Positions 1-9,217 of a DNA stretch of 64,000 nt are shown here, piece after piece (position 1 is the first letter of the stretch; the number at the start of each line of letters is the position of its first letter). The notes below the pieces were generated by a model, which made no database searches, had not been told where the DNA came from, and saw only the letters and a list, made by a program, of their open reading frames with translations. This DNA comes from Candidatus Multivorans sp. (GTDB lineage: Bacteria; Acidobacteriota; Thermoanaerobaculia; Multivoradales; Multivoraceae). The stretch spans positions 1,408,001 to 1,472,000 of the forward strand of contig OZ245033.1 in the NCBI GenBank assembly GCA_965224025.1, in the 5' to 3' direction. The translations under genes were made by a program, and so were the position numbers.

Positions 1-318
1 GCCGGTCTTCGGAACCGGGTCGCGGACCTGCCAGAACCTACGCACGAAGGCGTCGCGCTGGTAGTCCCTTGTGAGCCGCAGGAAGAGCTCCCGCTCATCC
101 GAGGTCATGATTGCCTGGACCTCGGCGAGCCACTGGGTGTGGCGTCTGTCGAGGTCGTCGCTCGCCGAGGCCTGGACCGGCGGAGGCGGGCTGCTCTCCT
201 TCCCCTGGGGGTCTTGCGCGGAAGCTGCCGCGACCAGGACGGCCCCGGCGCCAAGGCCGGTCAGGACGCCCACCACGATGAAGCCGTTCAGTGGGCTTCC
301 AAGCCGGTGGAGTGTCAT
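1..318 (-). CDS. GWxTD domain-containing secreted protein, N-terminal part (runs off window)
   Basis: Manual translation from ATG 318, not in the ORF track: hydrophobic signal ending ASAQ, then WLAEVQAIMTSDERELFLRLTRDYQRDAFVRRFWQVRDPVPKTG, the typical GWxTD N-terminal pattern. Confidence 0.8.
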   Translation of the reverse strand, partial: MTLHRLGSPLNGFIVVGVLTGLGAGAVLVAAASAQDPQGKESSPPPPVQASASDDLDRRHTQWLAEVQAIMTSDERELFLRLTRDYQRDAFVRRFWQVRDPVPKTG

Positions 319-517
319 GCTGCCGCGGATCGGGTCACGGCGGGACAGCGTACCAGCCTCAGACCCGGACCGGCGCTCTTCGGGAGGGCAGGGTCCGCCG
401 CGAACGCCCGCGCAATGCCGAAACGGATTGCTATACTGCCGCGTCCTGTTTGACGTAGCGAGCGCCGGTGGCCGGCGCCTCACTCTCGACTCTCAGCTTC
501 GCGGGAGGACTCAATCC

Positions 518-1087
518 ATGCCGATCAAGCTCGTCTCTGGCCGTCCAGTACTTCGTCTCACGGTGCTCGTCGTGGCGCTCCTCTGGATGGCGCCTACCTT
601 TGCCCAGTTGCCGCCCGACGCGGTCGACCTCGCCAAGGTGAAGATTCCGGAGGCGGTCAAGTCGACCGGCTTCTGCCCGGTCAAGCTCGTGCCTTCCGCC
701 GCCGACGGTGAGACCTGGACTCACGCCGGCGTCGAGTACCGAGGCAGCGAGGCTGGTGTCAGGACGGCCTTCGCAGGTGATCCCGACGGCTACGCGGCCA
801 AAGCAGCGGAAGAGCGCTACGTCAACAACTTCATGCTGGCGATGAGCACGATCTGGTGTCCGATCACCGACGAGGTGACTCCCGGCGGCCGCAAGCAGGT
901 GGATGGCCTCGGCTTCACCTGGGAGAGTTGCTGCTCCTTCTGCGACGAGGAGATGACGCCGGATAACTTCGACGAGGCTCTCGAGCGTCTGCGCGAGCGC
1001 GCTGTCGAGTCCTTCGAACTGACGGGCGGCATCTACACCGAGGGCGCCAGCAGCCCGGTCGAAGGCGCGATCCGGGACGACGTCTAG
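518..1087 (+). CDS. Secreted protein with two YHS/TRASH-like segments, putative metal binding
   Basis: GGAGG RBS before ATG 518; signal peptide ending TFAQ; FCPV...Y...F..DP..Y and WCPIT...CCSFC motifs. Confidence 0.6.
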   Translation: MPIKLVSGRPVLRLTVLVVALLWMAPTFAQLPPDAVDLAKVKIPEAVKSTGFCPVKLVPSAADGETWTHAGVEYRGSEAGVRTAFAGDPDGYAAKAAEERYVNNFMLAMSTIWCPITDEVTPGGRKQVDGLGFTWESCCSFCDEEMTPDNFDEALERLRERAVESFELTGGIYTEGASSPVEGAIRDDV

Positions 1088-1191
1088 GAGCGTGCGCCGC
1101 AGAACATGGAGTACGCCGGTTTTGCTGCCGCGCAAGCTGCTAGGTCGGAGACACAACACTAGCCGCCACAGGGTGGCGCTGGGAAACCCCC

Positions 1192-1752
1192 TTGCCACGG
1201 ATCACTCGCGTCTATACGCGGACCGGCGATGACGGAACGACCGGTCTGGGCATTCGGGTCCGGGTTCGCAAGGACTCTGCCCGCGTCGAGGCGTATGGAG
1301 CGGTCGACGAGCTGAACTCAGCCGTTGGCGTAGCCGTCGCAGCCGGTGTCTCGCCACGGGTTGGCGGTTGCTTGGGGCGCATACAGCAGGAGCTGTTCCA
1401 CCTCGGTTCGGATCTCTGTGTGCCCGCGGGCGGCGACGCTCCACCGGTTCCACGCATCGAGGCGCGGCACATCGATGCTTTGGAGAAGACGATCGACGCA
1501 CTGCAGGAAGAGTTGGCGCCGTTGGCAAACTTCGTCCTGCCCGGCGGTTGCCCGGCTGCCGCCGCTCTGCACCTGGCGCGGACGATCTGTCGGCGTGCGG
1601 AGAGGCGCCTCGTGACCCTTGTGGCGATGGAAACGGTTGGCGCCCCCGCCCTGACCTACGTCAACAGACTCTCGGACGCCCTGTTCGTGATGGCCCGCTA
1701 CGAGAACCAGATGGGTGGCGGGGCCGATGTGCTGTGGGACTCGAGGGCATAG
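1192..1752 (+). CDS. pduO: PduO-type ATP:cob(I)alamin adenosyltransferase
   Basis: YTRTGDDGTT, YGAVDELNS, ARTICRRAER and YVNRLSDALF motifs; TTG start. Confidence 0.92.
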   Translation: MPRITRVYTRTGDDGTTGLGIRVRVRKDSARVEAYGAVDELNSAVGVAVAAGVSPRVGGCLGRIQQELFHLGSDLCVPAGGDAPPVPRIEARHIDALEKTIDALQEELAPLANFVLPGGCPAAAALHLARTICRRAERRLVTLVAMETVGAPALTYVNRLSDALFVMARYENQMGGGADVLWDSRA

Positions 1753-1778
1753 CGGCGTTTCGCCGTGAGGTGCCTGGA

Positions 1779-2009
1779 ATGCGCCTGCCGCGCCGCCTGC
1801 TCGATGTCGCCACGATTGGACTCGTGTTCCCGGTGGCATCGGTGCTCGGCTTCCTGGCGGGCAGGGCGATCGGGGGCTGGTTCGACGCGGCGAATGCCGG
1901 CGCCCTGATCGGGGGGCTCTTCGGTGTCGCGGCAGGTTTCTACAACGTATACCAGGTCATTCAGCGGCTGAACGCCGACGAGGAAAACGGTGACACGGAC
2001 TTCCGGTGA
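1779..2009 (+). CDS. AtpZ/AtpI-family small membrane protein
   Basis: Two TM helices (G..IGGWFD, GVAAGF), located upstream of atpB; ATG 1779 lies within ORF 1368..2009. Confidence 0.8.
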   Translation: MRLPRRLLDVATIGLVFPVASVLGFLAGRAIGGWFDAANAGALIGGLFGVAAGFYNVYQVIQRLNADEENGDTDFR

Positions 2010-2448
2010 ACTGGGGACCGAAACCGGGCGCTCGGGGGAAGCTGATCCGTCCGGGTTCTTCGGCGGCGGAGGCCGGGGCGACGATGAACTTGGCGCCATG
2101 TCGAGGCGCGTCCTGCGGTGCGCCCTGGCGGTGACCGCCGTCGCCGGCGCGCTCGCCCTGGTCTGGAGCTTGGGCGCCGCCCTCACCTTGACAGCCGCGG
2201 GGCTCGTCAGTAGTTTCAGCTTCCGCGGCCTGGAGATGCAGGTTCGCGCGTTGGAGCCTCGCGCTGACGGGCGCGTTGGCGCCAAGAACCTCCTGTTCAT
2301 CGTTCTCCGCTATACGTTGTTGAGCGCTTTCATCGTTGCGGCCCTTCTGGTGGGGTCAAGGGAGTTCATTGCGCTGATCCTGGGCTTCTCGGTTGTGCCG
2401 CTGGCGCTGCTGATTTCCGAGTTCGTGGGCCGGTTCACTAGCGGCTGA
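1990..2448 (+). CDS. atpI: ATP synthase protein I
   Basis: About four TM segments with an LRY motif, directly before atpB; start uncertain. Confidence 0.7.
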   Translation: MTRTSGELGTETGRSGEADPSGFFGGGGRGDDELGAMSRRVLRCALAVTAVAGALALVWSLGAALTLTAAGLVSSFSFRGLEMQVRALEPRADGRVGAKNLLFIVLRYTLLSAFIVAALLVGSREFIALILGFSVVPLALLISEFVGRFTSG

Positions 2449-2557
2449 CCTGGTTCGACAGACGCCTCTCAAGACCGATCGAAACCAGCCCCGCGCACGA
2501 TCAACCAGCCCGTTGAGCAACGGTTCCCCCTCCACTTCCTGAGTCGCTTCAATCGCC

Positions 2558-3280
2558 ATGGCCGCCGGAGAACATTCGATCCTCTACAAGCCCGTCAACG
2601 CCGTTTGGCAGGGCGCGGTGAACCTTACCGGGACCGAGGAGAGCCTCCCTCACGAGGTGCCGGACCACGTCGTCATGGCCCTGTTCGTGTTCGGCGTCGT
2701 CACGATGCTGGGTGTCACGGTGTCGCGCGGTTTGCGGAAGGACAATCCGGGCAAGTTGCAGCAGCTCATCGAAGTCTTCCTGCTGTGGCTGCGCAATCTG
2801 CTCGAGGACACCATCGGCGAGGGTGGCTCGCGGCACCTGCCCCTGATTGCCACCTTCGCGTTCTTCATCTTCGTGAGCAACCTCTCGGGCTCGATCTTCT
2901 TCCTGCAGCCCCCGACGCAGAACGTGAACGTGACTTTCGCCCTCTCGATCACGGCGTGGGTGCTCTACCACCTGTTCGGCTTGCGCAGAAACGGCCTGAG
3001 GTACTTCAAGCACTTCATGGGGCCGGTCATTTTCCTGGCGCCCCTGTTCATTCCGCTCGAGATCATCACGCACGCCGCCCGCGTGCTTTCGCTGGGCTTG
3101 CGCCTGTTCGGGAACATCTTCGGCGAGCATCTTGCGCTTGCTGCCATCTTCGGCCTGGTCCCCTTCGCGGTGCCCTTGCCGATCATGGCTCTGGGTCTCA
3201 TGGGCGCCACCATCCAGACCTTCATCTTCATCCTGTTGACCACTGTTTACATCGCCGAGGCTGAGGCCGAGGCACACTAA
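2558..3280 (+). CDS. atpB: F0F1 ATP synthase subunit a
   Basis: PGKLQ, PPTQNVN, SLGLRLFGNI (essential Arg) and IQTFIFILLTTVY motifs. Confidence 0.97.
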   Translation: MAAGEHSILYKPVNAVWQGAVNLTGTEESLPHEVPDHVVMALFVFGVVTMLGVTVSRGLRKDNPGKLQQLIEVFLLWLRNLLEDTIGEGGSRHLPLIATFAFFIFVSNLSGSIFFLQPPTQNVNVTFALSITAWVLYHLFGLRRNGLRYFKHFMGPVIFLAPLFIPLEIITHAARVLSLGLRLFGNIFGEHLALAAIFGLVPFAVPLPIMALGLMGATIQTFIFILLTTVYIAEAEAEAH

Positions 3281-3295
3281 GGGGACTTTCGCCAA

Positions 3296-3616
3296 ATGAA
3301 GAAGTCAAAGCTGGTCTTTCTCGTGGCCGTGCTACTCACGCTGTTCGCCGTTCCGGCTCTGGCGCAGGACGGCGAGGGGGAGGACGGCGGCGGCGCCAAT
3401 CTCGGCCTGCTGGGGGCCGCCGTTGGGCTCGGCATCGCCGCGGCCGGCGGCGCGATCGGTCAGGGTCGGGCGACAGGCGAGGCGTGCGCTGGATTGGCGC
3501 GCAACCCGGGTGCCGGTGGCCGCATTCAGATCATGCTGCTCATCGGTCTGGCGTTCATGGAGTCGGTCGTCCTCTACACTCTGCTCATTGCGCTTCGCGG
3601 CGCCGGTTTCTTCTAG
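3296..3616 (+). CDS. atpE: F0F1 ATP synthase subunit c with signal-peptide-like N-terminal extension
   Basis: Gly-rich helix, ARNP loop, AFMES carboxylate. Confidence 0.96.
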   Translation: MKKSKLVFLVAVLLTLFAVPALAQDGEGEDGGGANLGLLGAAVGLGIAAAGGAIGQGRATGEACAGLARNPGAGGRIQIMLLIGLAFMESVVLYTLLIALRGAGFF

Positions 3617-3769
3617 AGATCAGGAGCGCCTCTTTCGGCGCGCATCGGCCATATTGGCGTGCCCGGGCTGAGCGGGAAGCGGTGAACCTGGTAGAGCCAG
3701 TTGCTTGCTGACCGCCGCAAAGCCAACGCGGGAGTAGAGATGCAGGTCCAGCGGTTCTTTCCGCCGGAC

Positions 3770-3786
3770 TTGGCATCGAATGTGCT
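3770..3786 (+). promoter_or_regulatory. Possible sigma-54 (-24/-12) promoter
   Basis: TTGGCATCGAATGTGCT has GG-N10-GC spacing, about 50 nt upstream of the ECF sigma start. Confidence 0.35.
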
Positions 3787-3837
3787 GCCCCACGTTTGCA
3801 AGATGCCGCAGTCAACACGCGCGGCCGGGGGGTAGAG

Positions 3838-4455
3838 ATGAACGCGATGGCCGATCACAGTGGTGGTTGGAACTTCGATGCCGAGGTGCTGCCCTTCAAG
3901 GACAGCCTCTACAGTACGGCCTACCGGATGTCCCGGAACCGGCAGGACGCCGAAGACTTGATCCAGGAGACCTATCTTCGGGCGTACAAGTACTACGACA
4001 AGTTCCAGGAAGGGACGAACTTCAAGGCCTGGCTGTTCAAGATCCTCAAGAACACGTTCATCAACCGCTACCGCAAGCGCCAGCGGCAGCCGCTGAAGAA
4101 CTCGTTCGACGACATCGAGGGCGCCTTCGAGTGGAAGCTCCTGGAGTCGCCGTTGACGGCCCGCGGCAAGACGCCGGAAGAAGACCTGCTTGAGGGCGCC
4201 CTGGATCAGGACGTCAAGAGGGCACTCGAGGCTCTGCCTGAGGACTACCGGACGGCCGTCGAACTGGCCGATCTGCAGGGACTGTCCTACCGCGAGATTG
4301 CCGACCGGCTCCAGATCCCCCTTGGAACGGTGATGAGCCGGCTCTACCGGGGGCGGCGCAAGCTGGAGACGGTCCTGCTGCGCTACGGGCGTGACCACGG
4401 CTACATCCGTTCCGGCATGCCCCGGAAGATGCGGTCCAGGCAGGATGCGGCCTGA
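3838..4455 (+). CDS. ECF sigma-70 factor (SigH/SigR-like)
   Basis: DAEDLIQETYLRAY, GTNFKAWLFKILKNTFINRYRK and SYREIA...GTVMSRLYRGR motifs. Confidence 0.93.
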   Translation: MNAMADHSGGWNFDAEVLPFKDSLYSTAYRMSRNRQDAEDLIQETYLRAYKYYDKFQEGTNFKAWLFKILKNTFINRYRKRQRQPLKNSFDDIEGAFEWKLLESPLTARGKTPEEDLLEGALDQDVKRALEALPEDYRTAVELADLQGLSYREIADRLQIPLGTVMSRLYRGRRKLETVLLRYGRDHGYIRSGMPRKMRSRQDAA

Positions 4456-4497
4456 GGGCGGCTGTCGGAGGTTCCCGAGTCGACACGGTTCTTCGAT

Positions 4498-4617
4498 CCT
4501 GGGAACCCCGGTGGCGCGATCCGCGCCACTCGCGAACCACTCCGTGCGCCCGTCGTCGGGCGCGCGGATGGCACGCGGGCATCCTGCCCGCATCCGACGC
4601 GAAGCGTCGGCTTCCGG
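4498..4617 (+). repeat. Dispersed REP-like multi-hairpin element, full copy A
   Basis: 120 bp, colinear with 47375-47494 (9 mismatches by manual alignment); four hairpins including GCGGGC-ATCCT-GCCCGC. Confidence 0.9.
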
Positions 4618-4646
4618 AATAGTCCTGTCCCGACGACGCCGCACGC

Positions 4647-6056
4647 GTGCAGAATGCTCGGCGACGTGGCAGAATAGTGCCTTCGGCCGCGCCCTTCCGA
4701 CTCCGCCAAACTGTGTATTCCAAGCAACTTGCAGGTTGGATCTGCGTTTCGGTCCTGCTCGCCGGGACGGCCGTTCTGGGCTGGCTCGCCCTGAAGCCCC
4801 GGCCCGGAAAACTGGTTCTGGCCATTCCCGACGCGGGGGTTGACCGGGCGGGCGGCGCCGACGCCGACGAAGGCCAGGGCCTGGATGCCACTGCCCTCGA
4901 CCGGGCGCCCTTCCCTCTGGAGAACCGCATTCGAAGCGGGGACACGCTGGACCGCGTACTGCTGCGAGCGGGCGTTCCCGACTCCGAGCTGTACCAGGCG
5001 TCGAGGGCGGTAAGCGAAGTGCTCGATCCACGGAGGCTCCGAGCCCGTGACCCGGTCTATTCCATGGTGCGCCAAGGCGGGGAGTTGGTGGGTATCAAGC
5101 TGCCGCGCCGGGGCCAGGGCGTGGTGGTCGCGGAGCGAACGGACGGCGTGTGGAGCAGTCGCTACCGTCCCTTCCGGCGGGCCCACGTGCGACGGTCGTT
5201 TGCCGGCGAACTGCGGGGTGCCCTTGAGAGTTCGATTCGTCGGGCCGGCGGGCCTCCCAGCCTCGCGAACAGCATGGCCCGGGTGCTGCAGTGGGACCTG
5301 GATTTCAACCGCGATCTTCGGGTTGGCGATCGCTTCGAGATCCTCTACGACGAACTGCTGCTCGACGGCAAGTTCGAGAGTGTTGCAGCCATTCACGCGC
5401 TGCGCTACCGGAACCGGGAACGTTGGCTCGAGGCGTACCGCTTCAGCGATGACGGGGGCGCCGAAGGCACGGCGCCGGAGGGTGCCGTCGCGCTGGCGGC
5501 GACGGGACCGAACCGCTACTACGATGGCGAGGGGCAGCCGCTGCGACGGCAGTTCCTCCGTTCCCCGCTTCCATACTCCCGCGTCACGTCGCGGTTCTCC
5601 CTGAATCGCTTCCATCCGATCCTGAAGCGGCGCATGCCCCACTACGGCGTCGATTACGGGGCGCCGGTCGGAACCGCCGTGCGGGCGACTGCCGACGGCG
5701 CCGTGGCCTCGGCAGGCACTCGTGGCGGCGGCGGCCGAACCGTCCGCCTGCGTCATGCCAACGGCTACGTGACGTCCTATCTCCACCTGTCCGGCTATGC
5801 GGAGGGGATTCGTCGCGGCCGTCGCGTTCAGCAGGGTCAGGTGGTCGGTTACGTGGGTTCGAGCGGCCTCTCAACCGCTCCCCATCTCGACTACCGGGTG
5901 CAGCGCAATGGTCGTTGGATCAATCCCGCCACCCTGGTCAACGAGCCTGTTCCGCCGCTGGCCGATGCCGTGCTGCCTGCCTTTCTCCGGCACTGCGACG
6001 CGCTACGCCGGGAACTCCGCGGCGCGGACAGTTCCGTCGTTAGCGCGGGGCCGTAG
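4647..6056 (+). CDS. M23 family peptidoglycan DD-endopeptidase (MepM/Csd3-like)
   Basis: N-terminal TM, HYGVDY (HxxxD), YLHLS and PHLDY motifs; start uncertain. Confidence 0.9.
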   Translation: MQNARRRGRIVPSAAPFRLRQTVYSKQLAGWICVSVLLAGTAVLGWLALKPRPGKLVLAIPDAGVDRAGGADADEGQGLDATALDRAPFPLENRIRSGDTLDRVLLRAGVPDSELYQASRAVSEVLDPRRLRARDPVYSMVRQGGELVGIKLPRRGQGVVVAERTDGVWSSRYRPFRRAHVRRSFAGELRGALESSIRRAGGPPSLANSMARVLQWDLDFNRDLRVGDRFEILYDELLLDGKFESVAAIHALRYRNRERWLEAYRFSDDGGAEGTAPEGAVALAATGPNRYYDGEGQPLRRQFLRSPLPYSRVTSRFSLNRFHPILKRRMPHYGVDYGAPVGTAVRATADGAVASAGTRGGGGRTVRLRHANGYVTSYLHLSGYAEGIRRGRRVQQGQVVGYVGSSGLSTAPHLDYRVQRNGRWINPATLVNEPVPPLADAVLPAFLRHCDALRRELRGADSSVVSAGP

Positions 6057-6082
6057 GCGGTGCGTCGCGGCCGCGCCGCGGC

Positions 6083-6113
6083 GACGGGCGTCGGCAGGTC
6101 ACCCGCCCGTCTT
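6083..6113 (+). terminator. Possible terminator hairpin after the M23 gene
   Basis: GACGGGCG...CGCCCGTC stem followed by only a short TT. Confidence 0.3.
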
Positions 6114-6273
6114 GGGGCAGTAGGGGCCGGCTCCCAGGTGACGTTCGCGCTTGAGAGGAGATGGGAGGTGTTGCGCTCACTCCGCCTCACTCGCTCCGGT
6201 TTGGCGTTGGATCATGTGCTGTCGTCGGGCGTCGCTCGTTCAGAGGCACCTGGGAGCCGGCCCCTACTGCCCC
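6114..6273. repeat. 27-bp perfect inverted repeat with 106-nt spacer (REPIN/MITE-like or ncRNA)
   Basis: 6114-6140 GGGGCAGTAGGGGCCGGCTCCCAGGTG is the exact reverse complement of 6247-6273. Confidence 0.85.
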
Positions 6274-6433
6274 GACAGGGCTGGCGGTCGTTGCCGAGAG
6301 AGCTGGCACAGCTAGTAACTAGCCAGCCAGGGCGGGTTGGGGAACGCGCCTAGGGTTGCTGTACTGGGCTTTGCGTACCGCGTCTTTCGAGAAGCGCGGG
6401 TTCCCGGGCGGGTGGCCTTGGCCTCGACCCGAG

Positions 6434-7876
6434 CTACTCGAGGGAGCGGGCGCGTTCGCGGAGGATCGAGTAGGCCTCGGAGCGGGAGAGTTCGTCGTCG
6501 AGCTGGAGATTGAAGGTCTCGCTCCAGGCGCCGGTCGCCGGATCGGTCTCGACGTAAGCCAGCGAAGACCCGTTCTCCCAGGCGACCACTGCCCCGGTGC
6601 CATTGGGCGAGACGAAGATCTTCTGCTGGCCGCTTCCGGTCGTGGGGGCCGCGCGCTCCGATTTGACCTGCAACCGGGCAAGGTGCTGGACGTAGCCGTC
6701 GCCGACCGGTTGGGCGGCGGCGAGGAGCACGTGGCCGTTTCCGTTCGCGGCCCCCTCCAGTAGATCGCCTTCCTGGGATCGAGCGCCAACCAGCACGATA
6801 TGAACTCGGGCAGCACTGGAGATGCCTGTCAGACCGTCCTCAGCGCACAAGTCCGCCGCGCGATCAACGAGTACATTCTCTACGTCTTGCGCCAATGGAC
6901 TGAGCACTCGGCTCCGAATCCGGCGACCCACGAGCACGATGTGTACACGGGCCGCTTCGGCTACCGAGGTGATCGCGTCCGCTTCCTCGTTCTCGATCCG
7001 CAGGCAGAGATTGGTGGATTCCAAATGATCTGCGAGGCTGTCGGCGAGTTCTGCCAGTTCGACTGCCGGTGTGGAGAGTTCCAACTGGACGAAGGCTCCG
7101 CTGGCGCTATCCGCGAAACCGATGACAACCGCGTTGGACTCGGAGGCGGAGTCGACGGTGGGTGCCTTGAGCAGACTCGCCGGCACTTCGCCGTCGAACG
7201 GATCGTCGATCAACTCCTGCGATACGTAGTCGTTCAGCCGGTGAACGCGGCGCCACGTGGATGCAAGCTCGCCGTTGATGAGAACGACAGGCGCGTACAT
7301 GGCCCTCTCGCCATCGGCCGTGTTTTCCGACCAGACGACATGAAGGACGGTTCGGGCGCTCGACAGGCCGCTACTTCCTTCCGCGAGTTCGAATCGATCG
7401 TGCGTGACGGCGAGGCGCGGGGCCGACTTGTTGCTATAGATGTTGCCGGAGACTTCAATGGTGTCGGACCATTCGCTGCCGTCGAAGGAGGCCAGGTTGA
7501 TCCGCGTCAGGGTCGAGTCGTTGTTGCTCGACCAAACGACGTAGAGCCGGCCGGTGGAGGCGTCGAAGAACAGCGACGGCGTCTTGTCGCTGTCGTCCGC
7601 CTCGCTGCCGGGCACCAGGTGGTGCTCGACCGTGCCGGAACCGCGCCGGGCCTCTAGCAGTAGGACTTCGGCTTCGGCCGAGGCTTCGCTGCCATCCGGG
7701 AACAAGTCGACGTAAGTTCCGATGACGATTTGGTAGACATCGCCGCTCTTTCCCAGCACCGGTGCGCTGTTCGCGGCATGCAACGCACCGTTGCCGAACA
7801 GCAATGCCAGGACTGCTGCACCGACCGTGCCAGCCAGTCGTCCCCCGTTCGAGATTTTCTTGAGCATGCGCTTCAT
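6434..7876 (-). CDS. Secreted protein of unknown function with two AARVHIVLVG motifs
   Basis: Start overlaps the TPR gene stop (GTGATG); Sec-type signal ending ALHA; beta-rich VVW segments; motif copies at 6926-6955 and 6785-6814. Confidence 0.8.
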   Translation of the reverse strand: MKRMLKKISNGGRLAGTVGAAVLALLFGNGALHAANSAPVLGKSGDVYQIVIGTYVDLFPDGSEASAEAEVLLLEARRGSGTVEHHLVPGSEADDSDKTPSLFFDASTGRLYVVWSSNNDSTLTRINLASFDGSEWSDTIEVSGNIYSNKSAPRLAVTHDRFELAEGSSGLSSARTVLHVVWSENTADGERAMYAPVVLINGELASTWRRVHRLNDYVSQELIDDPFDGEVPASLLKAPTVDSASESNAVVIGFADSASGAFVQLELSTPAVELAELADSLADHLESTNLCLRIENEEADAITSVAEAARVHIVLVGRRIRSRVLSPLAQDVENVLVDRAADLCAEDGLTGISSAARVHIVLVGARSQEGDLLEGAANGNGHVLLAAAQPVGDGYVQHLARLQVKSERAAPTTGSGQQKIFVSPNGTGAVVAWENGSSLAYVETDPATGAWSETFNLQLDDELSRSEAYSILRERARSLE

Positions 7877-8886
7877 CACGCTCTCAGGTTCACCACTTGC
7901 CGGACATCGAGCGACATGAGCACATTCGCAAGTCCAGTCTGCTCGGGATAGAAGCGCTGCTGAAGCTCGTGGAAGAACTGACGCGCCCCTTCGGTGTCCC
8001 GGTCCAGTATGGCCGCCTGTCCCAGCAGGTACAGGCTGTTCTTGACCGCATCCCAGTTTTCGTGCTGGCGGGCCAAGTTCAGGGCGCGTTGGCCATGCCG
8101 CTTTGCGTCGCTCGGCCGGTTCAACTCTAGGTGAGCGAAACACAGGTCCAGGTGCGGCAGTATGCTGAGTTGGACCGCTCCTTCGCGCCGAAAGGTGCGG
8201 ATGCTCCGGTAGACCAACCGAAGCCCCTCCCGCATTCTGGCACGACGAAAGCCCTTGGCCCCGAGCGCACTGACGAGTAGGCAGTGGCCCAGATTCGTCT
8301 CGGCGCTGGCTGTCCAGGCAGGCGGTGCGCCGTTCGCGTCGCGCAGCGCCGTTCGGTAACAGACAGCTGCCTCAGTTTCCCTGCCTTCGGCCACTAGGAG
8401 GTTACCCATGAGAGTCTGCGCCAAGCCTGTGAGGCCGTCGCGCTCGACATACACCGCACGATCGCGGAACAACCGGGCATAGAAGAGCGCCTTCTTGATC
8501 TGCCCCTCCAACTCGTGCGCGCGGGCCAAGGTATAGGAGGCCAGACAAGAGTTGTGGTCGACGGTGGTTCCGAGCAGGATCGGCCGCAGTCTGGGCATGA
8601 CCTCGGCCCCGTTCCCGAGTTCGGTCTCCGCCGCTCCCCAGCCGCAGAGGGCCTCGTCGGCCAGGTCGGCTTCGCCCGCGGCGGCGGCGACTTGGGCGGC
8701 CTGTCGATAGACGGCGGCGGCTTCCCGGTACGAGCCCGTGGCGACCAGTTCCCGCCCGCGGTCGCGGAGCGTCTCGAAGTCCTCGGTCACGTCGGTCGCG
8801 CACGCCTCCACCTCGGGCGCTGGAACGCGCTCCGGGATAAACGTCGGCTCAGGCGACGAGTGGGTGGGAAGAACTGTGGCGGTCAC
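7876..8886 (-). CDS. Cytoplasmic tetratricopeptide-repeat protein
   Basis: Repeated helical A..Y..AL and (N)LG patterns; no signal peptide or obvious HTH; TAGAAT 9 nt upstream of the GTG start. Confidence 0.8.
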   Translation of the reverse strand: MTATVLPTHSSPEPTFIPERVPAPEVEACATDVTEDFETLRDRGRELVATGSYREAAAVYRQAAQVAAAAGEADLADEALCGWGAAETELGNGAEVMPRLRPILLGTTVDHNSCLASYTLARAHELEGQIKKALFYARLFRDRAVYVERDGLTGLAQTLMGNLLVAEGRETEAAVCYRTALRDANGAPPAWTASAETNLGHCLLVSALGAKGFRRARMREGLRLVYRSIRTFRREGAVQLSILPHLDLCFAHLELNRPSDAKRHGQRALNLARQHENWDAVKNSLYLLGQAAILDRDTEGARQFFHELQQRFYPEQTGLANVLMSLDVRQVVNLRA

Positions 8887-9082
8887 TGGTAACCGATTCT
8901 ACGCCATAACGAGTGGAAGGTGGTAGGCGGCTGGAACTGCCGTTGTCGACGACCTGCCGCGGGGCCTCGACGGCCGAGTATACCCGCATAGGCACCGCCT
9001 GCAGCACGGCGATAGCCGTGCCTTCCGATCTCTCTTGTGCGGCAGGCCTTCGTAGCCGCGGCGGCCGTTCCCCAGGCTCGCC

Positions 9083-9124
9083 CAAGAGCAAGAGCGCCGT
9101 CCCTGACTTGAACAGGAACGGCGC
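9083..9124 (-). terminator. Intrinsic terminator between the peptide frame and the TPR gene
   Basis: Minus strand GCGCCGTTCCTG-ttcaagt-CAGGGACGGCGC followed by TCTTGCTCTT. Confidence 0.6.
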
Positions 9125-9217
9125 CCAAGGGGATTCGTCGCGGGAGCGTACTGGCGGCTGGTCGCTCACTAGTCGTTCAGACCGCTGCCAGCCTCGCGCC
9201 GGCGATCCCAAGTTGTC

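Noticed and set aside
6114-6273. Retron msr-msd or SRP RNA
   Set aside because: No reverse transcriptase in the window and no SRP helix-8 motif seen; retained only as an inverted-repeat element
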